Shown: piece after piece, positions 29,521-38,757 of the stretch
Layout: each line of letters begins with the position of its first letter
Numbering within the stretch: the first letter of the stretch is position 1
Source: a virus
Lineage: Duplodnaviria > Caudoviricetes
Strand: one strand, 5' to 3'
DNA length: 64,000 nt
IMG/VR virus record: IMGVR_UViG_3300028591_000075
Coordinates: 189,313 to 253,312 of that record
Notes under the pieces: model-generated
The model's input: the letters and a program-made list of their open reading frames with translations, nothing else
What the model was told of the DNA's origin: nothing
Database searches by the model: none
Position numbers and translations under genes: made by a program

Positions 29521-30502
29521 TTATGTGAACGGGAACCATCGTACCATACTGTACGATGATGGCACCAGATTTCGTGAAACTGGTTCCTATGTCGATGGGA
29601 AGTGGATGGCAGATGATGTCGACCACTTCACTTTCGATTTTCCGGAGTCCTTCGACTTGAAGATTACCGACTACTGCGACGGCAGGTGCCCGTGGTGCCA
29701 CGAGAATTCCACGATTGTAGGGAAACATGGCGACCTATCCAAGATGACACATATTGTCGAGACGATACAACCGGGAACGGAAATTGCCGTAGGGGGCGGT
29801 GACCTGTTCAGCTGTCCTGGCATTGACGATTTTCTTGCCTTGCTGAAACGGCGCGGCATCGTTGCGAACATAACGGTGAACCAGAAGCACCTTGACCGGT
29901 ATGGCGACAAACTGCTGCATCTTGTCCAGGAGGACCTGGCCCACGGCATAGGCATCTCCCTTACGGATTCTTCGAAAATCGAGGACTTGGATTTCATAGA
30001 CAAGTTGGGACCGAATGTGGTCATCCATGTCATTGCCGGCATCTTCGACGATAAGGACATCCCATTTGTCCGTGGACGCAAGGTACTCATTCTCGGGTAC
30101 AAGATGTTGAGGCGCGGTGACTTGTATCTTGCCGACCCAAGGAAGTATGCGGAAGTCGTTCACAACATGGAATTGCTCCGGTTGCGGTGGCAGCATATCC
30201 TTGCCAAGGAATGCAAGGCGGTCGCCTATGACAACCTGGCAATCGAGGACCTTGGACCAAAGGACGAATTGTGCATCCCCGATACCAAGTATGTCCACCT
30301 GTATCAGGGAAACGATACGGAATGCTTCGATGCCGCTGGTAATATGACCTGCTCGACCATGTTCATCGACCTCCCGAACATGCAGGTGGCCAGAATGAGC
30401 ACGGCTCCGATGGAAACCAGGCAGCCATTTACCGGCAACGAAAGCATTGAAGAACTATTGAAACTCACAACGAAAGGATGGACCGATGTACATCGAAGTT
30501 GA
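29504..30502 (+). CDS. Radical SAM protein
   Basis: DLKITDYCDGRCPWCHENS (CxxxCxxC), EIAVGGG, ANITVNQ, AYDNLAI. GAGGAG RBS. Confidence 0.85.
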   Translation: MAILGDYVNGNHRTILYDDGTRFRETGSYVDGKWMADDVDHFTFDFPESFDLKITDYCDGRCPWCHENSTIVGKHGDLSKMTHIVETIQPGTEIAVGGGDLFSCPGIDDFLALLKRRGIVANITVNQKHLDRYGDKLLHLVQEDLAHGIGISLTDSSKIEDLDFIDKLGPNVVIHVIAGIFDDKDIPFVRGRKVLILGYKMLRRGDLYLADPRKYAEVVHNMELLRLRWQHILAKECKAVAYDNLAIEDLGPKDELCIPDTKYVHLYQGNDTECFDAAGNMTCSTMFIDLPNMQVARMSTAPMETRQPFTGNESIEELLKLTTKGWTDVHRS

Positions 30503-31370
30503 CAAGATATACTACAAATACAACCGGATGCCGGACAAGTATGCGGGATTGAGTAGTTCCGCCAAGCGCAAGGCGCAAAAGCTGGAAAAGCAGCTCAAAA
30601 AGGTTGAATTTGACCTCCGTCCTTACGGGATGGACGTACTGGATTTCTCGGAAATGTTCGAGATGACCATTAAATACGACCCAAGCCAGAAGTTTGTCAA
30701 GGAAGACGAATTCCATAGTCACTATATCGGCTTCAAGCTCATTCCTCACGGTCCACACAAGCTGGCCGAGTTCTGTGGCCGGCTGCTGGCAAAGGGTGAC
30801 GAAGGATACCTGCAGAACAGGATCCATAGTTGGCAGCTCGCATGCGACAACATGTTCGAAAGCATACTTGACTGTATGAATTCATTCCTCAAGTTCCTTA
30901 TTAACGACTTGTATCCGAAACGGTATGATATTGCGACAATTCCCGACAACCTAGGCGTATGTGGCCTGTGGTGCGGGCAGACCAAAAGCTACGAGCTGTA
31001 TGTCCATGTTCGACCGCATGACGTGAAGGCTCTGATGACCGTATCAAAGGACATGGCTCGCAATCATGATGCACAACATCAGGACGGCGCCATGGATGCA
31101 TTGCCCGAATACGAGAAGTATGTGATTGATGAACTCGCCGCGATTCTTGTCAAGCAGAATGGCGGGTTTGCCAGTGTTTACAACCCGGAAGTCAATGTAG
31201 TTCCATTCCTTCCATGGTTCAGACAGTATCGAAAAGTCAAGTTATATGAGAACGCCAAGACCGATTGTGCCGACGTAATCGAGAAGGTGGACGCACGCGC
31301 AGCGGAAATTCGCGAAATGGGCAAGGTTACTCTGGAAGAGGCTGCAGCCAAGGAGGAAAAGCATGAGTAA
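30486..31370 (+). CDS. Hypothetical protein
   Basis: 294-aa ORF overlapping neighbours. Confidence 0.55.
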   Translation: MYIEVDKIYYKYNRMPDKYAGLSSSAKRKAQKLEKQLKKVEFDLRPYGMDVLDFSEMFEMTIKYDPSQKFVKEDEFHSHYIGFKLIPHGPHKLAEFCGRLLAKGDEGYLQNRIHSWQLACDNMFESILDCMNSFLKFLINDLYPKRYDIATIPDNLGVCGLWCGQTKSYELYVHVRPHDVKALMTVSKDMARNHDAQHQDGAMDALPEYEKYVIDELAAILVKQNGGFASVYNPEVNVVPFLPWFRQYRKVKLYENAKTDCADVIEKVDARAAEIREMGKVTLEEAAAKEEKHE

Positions 31371-31581
31371 GAGTGGTGGAACTATTTTAGCCGTAGTAGT
31401 ATGGCTTACCGGATTTGCCATTTCCATTTGCATTGCCTCCATTCCCAAGTGGAATGAATGGCCAGTGGAAGAAGTAAGAACCATATTGTGTTATTTCATG
31501 TCCGTCATGATATTTGCAATATCCCCGGTTGGGGGTGGTCTCATCATTCACAAGACATGGTTTCAAAATGAGAAGTATTAG
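31363..31581 (+). CDS. Small 2-TM membrane protein
   Basis: AGGAGG RBS, two hydrophobic helices. Confidence 0.55.
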   Translation: MSKSGGTILAVVVWLTGFAISICIASIPKWNEWPVEEVRTILCYFMSVMIFAISPVGGGLIIHKTWFQNEKY

Positions 31582-32173
31582 ACCCGCGATGTTCGAAACC
31601 AATTCCAGTTCGTGCCACTGTATGGTTATATGCTCCAAGGCCGACTGGGAGAAGTTCATCCATGCTGAACTGTTTGCCGTGTGCGCGGAGAACAAGGGAA
31701 GCTACCCTCAGCCGTTGATTGACATCGACGGTGTATATGCTATCATGGAGCTGGAAATCAAGAAGGAGTATTCCCTGTTCTGGTCGGAAGTCAAGCCCAC
31801 CATCGAACTGGTCAAGTGGATTTACACCGCGTTTTCCATCGACATGATTAAGCCTGGTACCGACCCGTCCTACGACGAGATGGAGTTCAGACCCGCATCC
31901 GATAATTGGTGGGTGGAAAATGCCCCTGATGACTTGAAGGGGTTCATTTCCGAAAACGTGGGCACACTGGATGAATTGCTTGACTGGGTATCCCTGACCT
32001 ATACCCCGTATTCCTACGAGATGATCCGTCTCCTTTCCAAGAATTTCACGATGGAATATGACGATTATCCGAGCATACAGCCCCATGATGCAAGCGAAAG
32101 TGACTTGAAGATATGGGGGCCGGAATATCTTGGTACCGACGCCATCATCTGCCGCGCCATCTGGTACGCATGA
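31568..32173 (+). CDS. Uncharacterised protein with N-terminal IRxxxFETNSSSxH motif
   Basis: MRSIRPAMFETNSSSCH. Confidence 0.6.
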   Translation: MRSIRPAMFETNSSSCHCMVICSKADWEKFIHAELFAVCAENKGSYPQPLIDIDGVYAIMELEIKKEYSLFWSEVKPTIELVKWIYTAFSIDMIKPGTDPSYDEMEFRPASDNWWVENAPDDLKGFISENVGTLDELLDWVSLTYTPYSYEMIRLLSKNFTMEYDDYPSIQPHDASESDLKIWGPEYLGTDAIICRAIWYA

Positions 32174-32182
32174 GGTAAATGA

Positions 32183-32926
32183 ATGTTTACAATCAGACAC
32201 AATGTTTTCGAGACTAATTCCAGTTCCGAACATGCCTTGAAGGTGAACCGGGACGTTCCCCGCAAGAAGGAAGATTTCCCCCTTCTGAACGACCAGGGCA
32301 TCCTTGAAATCGAGGCCACCAGGTACTGGGAATCCGGCGTATCGGTGTCTTCCATCAGGGACATCATAGAATACATCTGCCTCCTTTGTTATTCGGTCGA
32401 GGATAACTTTGATTCGGCATTTGCCCATATCAAGAGGGCCTACGAGGAAATCAGTCTCCAGGCGCCCAATGGCCTCTCGGTATATGTAATCGACCATAAC
32501 GGGAAGCGACATTCCTACACGGACGATGACTATATCAACGGCCCCTATATCGAATACAGGAACAATAGCCTCCTTAAACTTCCTAACGGAGATACGAAGC
32601 CCAATTTCATCTATCGCTGGTATCTCGAACCAGTCCAGAACCACGGAATTGATAATGAAGAAGTCGGACGCAAGATGTACGAATTTACCGACCTGGATGC
32701 ATTTATCGGCACCCATGCAGAAATTATTCTTTCGCCACTTTACAAAATGCTTTGTGAATGCGATATATTAAATGTGCACGTCGGTATAGCATGCCAATGT
32801 CTGGCATTCTCGCCCACACTGGATGAATGCCTGTCGGATCTTGTCGATGATGAGGAAGATTACAACTGGCAGAATATCGACGATGCGTTCCGGTTCGAAT
32901 CCACATTGTACTTTTATCATTCATAG
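32183..32926 (+). CDS. Uncharacterised protein with N-terminal IRxxxFETNSSSxH motif
   Basis: MFTIRHNVFETNSSSEH, GAGG RBS. Confidence 0.6.
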   Translation: MFTIRHNVFETNSSSEHALKVNRDVPRKKEDFPLLNDQGILEIEATRYWESGVSVSSIRDIIEYICLLCYSVEDNFDSAFAHIKRAYEEISLQAPNGLSVYVIDHNGKRHSYTDDDYINGPYIEYRNNSLLKLPNGDTKPNFIYRWYLEPVQNHGIDNEEVGRKMYEFTDLDAFIGTHAEIILSPLYKMLCECDILNVHVGIACQCLAFSPTLDECLSDLVDDEEDYNWQNIDDAFRFESTLYFYHS

Positions 32927-32935
32927 GAGAGAACT

Positions 32936-33730
32936 ATGCTATTGAGTGAACTTGAAACTAAATTGAACCTCTTGCTCACCCCTGGCGAGTTCAAGGATTT
33001 CTGCCCGAATGGGTTGATCGTCAAGGGTTCTTCCGGTGACCCGCAGGTCACGTCCGTCGTGACCGGTGTCAGCCTCAGGGCCGACCTTATCAGCCGGGCC
33101 ATCGCGAATGGCTCCAATGTCATCATCGTGCATCACCCGAATGGCTTCTGGTTCTCCGACAAGGAAAAGCGCGTACTGGATACCCAGTATGGTGAATACA
33201 TGCGCATGCTGCTGCAGAATCGGATTTCCCTGTTTGGGTTCCATTTGCCTCTTGATGCCCATCCTACCCTCGGGAACAATGCGACAGTCTATAAGAAGCT
33301 CGGCCTCAAAGGAACCGTGATGCAGGGTTCCGCTGGGCAGTATTTCGATGACAAGCCGAACCTTCCCGACCGTTTCATGGAGGCCAACATCGGATTCGGC
33401 GGTGTAGGCGTGATAACGGACGAGTTGCTGCACAAGGTGTTCCCGCATGGCTACCAGGCGTTTGGCTTCGAAAGCGGCAAGGAATACGCGGTAGCAATCT
33501 GTACCGGTAGCGGGACTTCCGAACTGGAAGAGGCCCGTGAACGCGGATACAACATGTTCATCACAGGTGAAATCCGTGAATCCACGCCAATCTATTCCGC
33601 CGAAACCGGCATGGCCGTTATTGCTGCCGGCCACCATCGCTCGGAAATCTTCGGCGTGGAGAACATTGCCGACTGGCTTAATGAAAATGGGGTAAGTGCC
33701 ATGTTCATCGACCTGGACAATCCTATTTAG
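32936..33730 (+). CDS. Nif3/YbgI (DUF34) dinuclear metal-centre protein
   Basis: DFCPNGLIV, IIVHHP, FHLPLDAHPTLGNN, CTGSG, FITGE, AAGHHRSE. Confidence 0.88.
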   Translation: MLLSELETKLNLLLTPGEFKDFCPNGLIVKGSSGDPQVTSVVTGVSLRADLISRAIANGSNVIIVHHPNGFWFSDKEKRVLDTQYGEYMRMLLQNRISLFGFHLPLDAHPTLGNNATVYKKLGLKGTVMQGSAGQYFDDKPNLPDRFMEANIGFGGVGVITDELLHKVFPHGYQAFGFESGKEYAVAICTGSGTSELEEARERGYNMFITGEIRESTPIYSAETGMAVIAAGHHRSEIFGVENIADWLNENGVSAMFIDLDNPI

Positions 33731-33738
33731 GGGGATTC

Positions 33739-34902
33739 ATGAGAGAGCATTTTGATGTATTACTGGTAGGAGCGGGGTTGTACAATGCTGTCCTCGCCAA
33801 CCGTTTTGCCAACCATGGCCTCAGTTGCCTTATTGTCGAGAAGCGCAATGAGATTGGCGGAAACTGCCATACCTATGACTTGAACGGCATTACGGTTCAC
33901 AAGTACGGCGCCCATATTTTCCATACGTCCAACGATGAAGTGTGGAAGTTTGCCAACAGGTTCGCGAACTTCGTCCCGTACCAGAATTCCCCGATTGCGA
34001 TGACTAAGAAGGACGGCAAGTTCCTGTATCTCAACCTCCCGTTCAATATGAACACCTATGCCCGCATCTGGCCTGACCTGTCTCCGGAAGAAATTTCCGC
34101 GAAGATTGACGAGGAAATTGACGAGGCGAAGGCCACCGAGGATACGTTTACCCTGTCCGGCTGCTGTAAGCGCATGGTGGGCAAGACGGTGTTCGAGCTC
34201 CTGGTGAAGGACTATACCGAGAAGCAGTGGGGCAAGCCGTGTGAGGAACTTCCCCCGGATCTCATCAAGCGTCTCCCTATGCGCTTCACATGGAACAACA
34301 ACTACTTCAACGACAAGTACCAGGGCATCCCCGAGGAAGGGTACACCAAGTGGATCGAGAACATGATTTTCCGCGATGCGCCCAGCAAGGTCAACTTGCT
34401 CCTCGGTGTCGATTACTTGGGTAAGCGTATCGAATTGAATGCAATGGCCGGCCATGTGTTCTATTCCGGACGCCCGGACTTGCTGTATGGCCAGCATGAC
34501 CTTCCGTTCCGTAGCCTGAAATTCGAAACATCGGTAATGCCGATTCCGGACTTCCAGGGAACAGCCGTGGTGAACCATAACACGAAGGATGTCCAGTACA
34601 CCCGTACCATCGAGCATAAGCATTTCCAGCCGTGGAAAGAGGGCAACGAGATATGCGTGCCGCGCAACATGACGACCGTGGTCACTACGGAAACCCCGTG
34701 CATGTGCAGCAAAGCCGATGACGAGCCGTACTATCCCATCAACAACCCGGAAAATAACAAAATCTACTGCGGATATGCGGAAGCCGTCAAGGATTCCCAT
34801 ATACACCTGTGCGGGCGCCTCGGGCTTTATCGCTACCTGGATATGGATGATTGCATCGAGTCTGCCTTGAAGATGGCCGATGAATGGTGCGCGAAGCTGT
34901 AA
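33739..34902 (+). CDS. glf: UDP-galactopyranose mutase
   Basis: VGAGL, IGGNC, HKYGAHIFHT, LPFNMNT, YTEKQWG, YFNDKYQGIP, YTRTIEHKHF, EPYYP, GRLGLYRYLDMD. Confidence 0.92.
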   Translation: MREHFDVLLVGAGLYNAVLANRFANHGLSCLIVEKRNEIGGNCHTYDLNGITVHKYGAHIFHTSNDEVWKFANRFANFVPYQNSPIAMTKKDGKFLYLNLPFNMNTYARIWPDLSPEEISAKIDEEIDEAKATEDTFTLSGCCKRMVGKTVFELLVKDYTEKQWGKPCEELPPDLIKRLPMRFTWNNNYFNDKYQGIPEEGYTKWIENMIFRDAPSKVNLLLGVDYLGKRIELNAMAGHVFYSGRPDLLYGQHDLPFRSLKFETSVMPIPDFQGTAVVNHNTKDVQYTRTIEHKHFQPWKEGNEICVPRNMTTVVTTETPCMCSKADDEPYYPINNPENNKIYCGYAEAVKDSHIHLCGRLGLYRYLDMDDCIESALKMADEWCAKL

Positions 34903-34923
34903 GTTTAGCATCCTAAGAACAAT

Positions 34924-34950
34924 AAAGGCGGGACCTTGGTCCCGCCTTTT
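34924..34950. terminator. Bidirectional intrinsic terminator
   Basis: AAAGGCGGGACC-TT-GGTCCCGCCTTTT between convergent operons. Confidence 0.75.
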
Positions 34951-34972
34951 CATGTTTGAGTCGAGTTTGAAG

Positions 34973-35563
34973 CTAATTGACCGCAATTAGCCTGATTTCG
35001 GTCAACTCGTTGTCATAGGAAGGTATCATTCCGTAGATGGCTTCCATGATTCCCTTGTTCTTGAGGGCGCGGGCATAGTTGCTATCTTCCATCACGATGT
35101 CGTTAATCAGTTCCTTGCTTACCGGAAATGTAAGCTGTGAATCCTTACGGTTCTCGCGCATCTTTGCCGTGCAATCGTCATCGATGCGCCAGTCATCATT
35201 TACATCCAGTTCGCCATAGTCGTCGAAGTGCGCATTCATGCCCAATGCGACGAGCGTTGTCTTGATATGCTCGCGGTGTTTATTGATTATTTCATCCAAA
35301 CGAGCCTCGTACAGGACAATATCAAGTTGGCGAAACCGTTCCGGGGTGCTTTCGTATTTAGGGAAATATGTCTTCATTCCAGGAGACAGGGTTTTCGGAT
35401 CGAGCCTGTCAAACGAATTGAAGCGATCACTCTCAGTCCAGTCACCCGGTTCCCCTACCATGAACAGTTTGAAGTCTTCTGTGATGGAATCGTTTCCAAC
35501 CAGTTTCCATTCCTTCTCGCCCTTTTGGCGACATTCCGCGTACAACGATACAAAATATGGCAT
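34973..35563 (-). CDS. Hypothetical protein (paralog of 35572-36105)
   Basis: GGAGG RBS. LYAECR..KEWKLV and FPVSKELINDI motifs. Confidence 0.6.
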   Translation of the reverse strand: MPYFVSLYAECRQKGEKEWKLVGNDSITEDFKLFMVGEPGDWTESDRFNSFDRLDPKTLSPGMKTYFPKYESTPERFRQLDIVLYEARLDEIINKHREHIKTTLVALGMNAHFDDYGELDVNDDWRIDDDCTAKMRENRKDSQLTFPVSKELINDIVMEDSNYARALKNKGIMEAIYGMIPSYDNELTEIRLIAVN

Positions 35564-35571
35564 ATACCCTC

Positions 35572-36105
35572 CTAGTAATCATAAACGGCAATGAGCCGGA
35601 ACATTGCCATCACATCGTCCGTCTTGCCAAAACCATTCAGCCACGCTTGCAACATTCCTCGCATGGTAGAAGCCATCATGGCCTTGTTGCGGCCATCGAT
35701 GACTTCATTGACAAGTTCCCGGTTCACCGGCAGGGTAGTATCGCTCTTGATGGAACCAAGCGAGATATACTCATTTTCGACCTTGGTCTTGGTGAAACCG
35801 AGTGCCTTACAAAGACCCTTCAAGTCCTTGGCATAGGTTTTGATGATTTCATCAAGTTCCAGATACAAGTCGGCACATTCGATGGTGTAGAAATTGTACC
35901 CGTCTACGTTTAGGTTCTTCTTGATGGCAGCAGGAATTTCCTTCTTGTCCAATTCTTCGAGGTCTTTGAGATAGTCGAAGAAATTGCCATAGAGGATTTC
36001 CATGGCCTCGGAAGCATCCTGGACTACCGGTATGTCATTCATGAGGCGGAACTTACCGTCCGGCATACGCTTCTGCAAATACAGTGCAAGGGAGTGGGAT
36101 GACAT
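35572..36105 (-). CDS. Hypothetical protein (paralog of 34973-35563)
   Basis: LYLQKR..GKFRLM, LPVNRELVNEV, C-terminal RLIAV shared. Confidence 0.6.
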   Translation of the reverse strand: MSSHSLALYLQKRMPDGKFRLMNDIPVVQDASEAMEILYGNFFDYLKDLEELDKKEIPAAIKKNLNVDGYNFYTIECADLYLELDEIIKTYAKDLKGLCKALGFTKTKVENEYISLGSIKSDTTLPVNRELVNEVIDGRNKAMMASTMRGMLQAWLNGFGKTDDVMAMFRLIAVYDY

Positions 36106-36114
36106 GGCTACCCC

Positions 36115-36684
36115 CTACACAACGTCACAGAGCATGCAGCGGGCGATATCGAGGGCTGCTGCCTGGTACTTGTTGTTGAACGATGCGGCAGTGGCCTTCT
36201 CGGCAACCTGGATGATTGCGTTCGGGAACCAGGCACGTTGCATGGCGAATGCGGAAGCGTCGCAGATGTCGGTGCAGGTACCGATATCACAGAGGGTGAT
36301 ATCCCAGTCGGCAACGAGCGCGGCAACGGCATCCTGGTCGGTGGAGTCGATATCGAACAGTGCCTTGGGCCAGCTGATGTAGCCGAAGTTGTGCTTGTCG
36401 ATAATCTTGGCGTTCTTTTCCTTCAGGGCTTCCATGATGTCCTTCTGGATTTCCCATCCTTCGGTGCCGTAGACACAGTGGATAGGAAGACGCTTGCCTT
36501 CGATGGAATCCTTGTAGCTGTCGGCGAAGTGTGTATCGCGGGTTGCGACCACCTTGCCATCCCATTCGCGGATCATCTTCACGACTTCCGGGATGATTGC
36601 CTTTGCGGCAGGATTTTCCAGAACGCCGTCAATGAAGTCGTTCTGCATATCGACTACTACGAGTACCTTTTCTGTTCTTTTCAT
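36115..36684 (-). CDS. pncA: Nicotinamidase/isochorismatase-family cysteine hydrolase
   Basis: VVVDMQNDFIDG, TRDTH, PIHCVYGTEGW, DKHNFG, GTCTDIC. Confidence 0.8.
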   Translation of the reverse strand: MKRTEKVLVVVDMQNDFIDGVLENPAAKAIIPEVVKMIREWDGKVVATRDTHFADSYKDSIEGKRLPIHCVYGTEGWEIQKDIMEALKEKNAKIIDKHNFGYISWPKALFDIDSTDQDAVAALVADWDITLCDIGTCTDICDASAFAMQRAWFPNAIIQVAEKATAASFNNKYQAAALDIARCMLCDVV

Positions 36685-36696
36685 GATTGTTTCCTC

Positions 36697-37353
36697 TTAT
36701 TGTTTTTCAATTTCGGGTGGTTCAAGGGTTTGCCCCTTCGAATAGGCTTCGAGTATATTGGACAATTTGTGGTTAAGCGATGCAATGTTGCTAATCATTT
36801 CATCCGACAGTTCAAGTTTCCCCATCATACTCAATGTGCGGATTTCGGCAAGATGGTGCATCAACGAGGTGATATGCTCACGCTGTCCGGATCTGCGTTC
36901 TGGTGCCTCAATCTTCATACATTCTTTGATTTTTTCAATCGTTTGACCACACTGGGCAATGGCTTGTTGAATTTTTACCATCAGTTCGTCTACCGTAATA
37001 TGCGCACATCGTGCTTCATCCTTGTATGGATGGTAACATATATATAGATTACGTAGTGGTGGAGGTGACCATACAAGAAGTGCCTTGTTTTCATCACCGA
37101 CAAGAACGATGCCCATAATTTTATGATCACTCGTTTCATCGTCCGGACAAAGCTTTATTGAATCAAAAGTAAGAAACCCATTATCAACTAATGGATAGAT
37201 GTCGTATAGGTCTTGAGCCTTATCGGGAACAGCCATGACCGCGTTTATCATTTCATTCAATGTTTCTACGGTGTACTTGGCCATTCTGGATTTGGATACT
37301 TCCAGTTTGTTAATCCATCGATAACTCTTGTCTCTGCTTAATCTTAATTCCAT
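36697..37353 (-). CDS. Hypothetical protein
   Basis: First gene after the minus-strand promoter. Confidence 0.55.
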   Translation of the reverse strand: MELRLSRDKSYRWINKLEVSKSRMAKYTVETLNEMINAVMAVPDKAQDLYDIYPLVDNGFLTFDSIKLCPDDETSDHKIMGIVLVGDENKALLVWSPPPLRNLYICYHPYKDEARCAHITVDELMVKIQQAIAQCGQTIEKIKECMKIEAPERRSGQREHITSLMHHLAEIRTLSMMGKLELSDEMISNIASLNHKLSNILEAYSKGQTLEPPEIEKQ

Positions 37354-37392
37354 GGGTGGATATTCCTCTGGTAAGTGAACATCTTTTCATCA

Positions 37393-37421
37393 AATGTAGC
37401 ATATTTTTTACCCGGTGGCAA
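37393..37421 (-). promoter_or_regulatory. Host-sigma-type promoter (divergent)
   Basis: Minus strand TTGCCA-17-TACATT. Confidence 0.65.
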
Positions 37422-37477
37422 TTACCCTCCCGTAGCCATTTGTAAAAATAGCTTTACAATCGGTATAGTGTGGATAA

Positions 37478-37506
37478 TTGCCATATTTGATCGTTTTTGC
37501 TACATT
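37478..37506 (+). promoter_or_regulatory. Host-sigma-type promoter, leaderless
   Basis: TTGCCA-17-TACATT-6 nt-ATG. Confidence 0.7.
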
Positions 37507-37512
37507 TGGATC

Positions 37513-38370
37513 ATGACAGAATTTACAAGAACACCATTTCCTTATGCCGGCTGTAAGTACAATCTCCTGGAAGAACTCGACAAGGTTATTCCAGCCGGCG
37601 ACACCCTTATTGACATGTTCGGGGGCTCCGGCGTAGTTGCCGTGAACATGGCCTACAAGTTCAAGAAGGTCATCTACAACGACATCATGACCCCGCTTGT
37701 CTACATGCACCGTAACATGTGCAAGGACGACCTGGAAACAATCCTGCAGAAGGCTCGCGAACTTTCCTCCAAGATTCCCGAGAAGTACGCGGAACTGCGC
37801 GGTAGCTACAACCACTTGCAGGAAACGATGAAGCAGATGTCCATTGCCGACGGGTGGTCCGAGCTCGGCTACCGTTTCTTCGGCCTCATGCTGTCCTGCA
37901 CGAACAACCTGGTTCGCTTCAACAAGAAGGGCGGTTTCAACCAGACTTGCGGCAAGCGCCAGCTTACCGACCCGAAGATAGTCGAGATTACCGCATGGAA
38001 AGCGAAACTATCCGACATTTCCAAGGAAACCCATACCAGCATCATGTTCAATGACTGCTCCTACGAGGCATATGGAAATATGGATGCCGGTACCGTTGTT
38101 TATGCCGACCCGCCGTATTCCAATACCGAAGCCGGATATAATGGGGGCTGGAGTGTCGAGAATGACGTGAAGCTGGCAAGGTTCATCATGGACCACATGC
38201 GATACAAGTGGATCGTGAGCAGCTGCGCCAAGGACGGCAACACCACGAAGCTCGTGGAAATTCTCCGGGCAAGTGGCGCCTTCGACGAACGCCGTATCGA
38301 CTACACCTACAAGGCATCCAAGAAAACCAAGGAAAGCAAGACCGAGGAAATCCTCCTGGTCTCCAGGTGA
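37513..38370 (+). CDS. Dam-like (D12 class) DNA adenine methyltransferase
   Basis: PFPYAGCK, DMFGGSG, IYNDI, RFNKKGGFN, VYADPPY. Confidence 0.85.
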   Translation: MTEFTRTPFPYAGCKYNLLEELDKVIPAGDTLIDMFGGSGVVAVNMAYKFKKVIYNDIMTPLVYMHRNMCKDDLETILQKARELSSKIPEKYAELRGSYNHLQETMKQMSIADGWSELGYRFFGLMLSCTNNLVRFNKKGGFNQTCGKRQLTDPKIVEITAWKAKLSDISKETHTSIMFNDCSYEAYGNMDAGTVVYADPPYSNTEAGYNGGWSVENDVKLARFIMDHMRYKWIVSSCAKDGNTTKLVEILRASGAFDERRIDYTYKASKKTKESKTEEILLVSR

Positions 38371-38382
38371 TAAACTGTAGAT

Positions 38383-38712
38383 ATGGACCTAGTAAACTTT
38401 GCCATTTGGAAATTTCGCTATATAGAGGGCATCCTTCGCGGGATGCACTCTTTCGACGTGACCACTACCAAGTACGTGGATCCGGTGACCAAGGAGGTCT
38501 CCTGGATACGCTATGACATGGCCAAGGAAACTGCCACCATCGAGCGCACTGAAGTAAAGCACTCCATGTTCTTTGGCGAAACGGGGACATCTACCCAGAA
38601 ACTCGACTGCAAGTTCAGTGACCTGGTTCGAACCTTGAAGGACCTGAAAATGTACCAGGAACTGCCACCCGGCGAGCATCACATGCTTGCTGGACATCAA
38701 AAGGAAGAATAA
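38383..38712 (+). CDS. Hypothetical protein
   Basis: ATG 6 nt after ATAAACT. Confidence 0.5.
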   Translation: MDLVNFAIWKFRYIEGILRGMHSFDVTTTKYVDPVTKEVSWIRYDMAKETATIERTEVKHSMFFGETGTSTQKLDCKFSDLVRTLKDLKMYQELPPGEHHMLAGHQKEE

Positions 38713-38757
38713 GTCAAGCCGGTTGCCGATGCGACCGGCTTTTGCTATATTCGGGGC

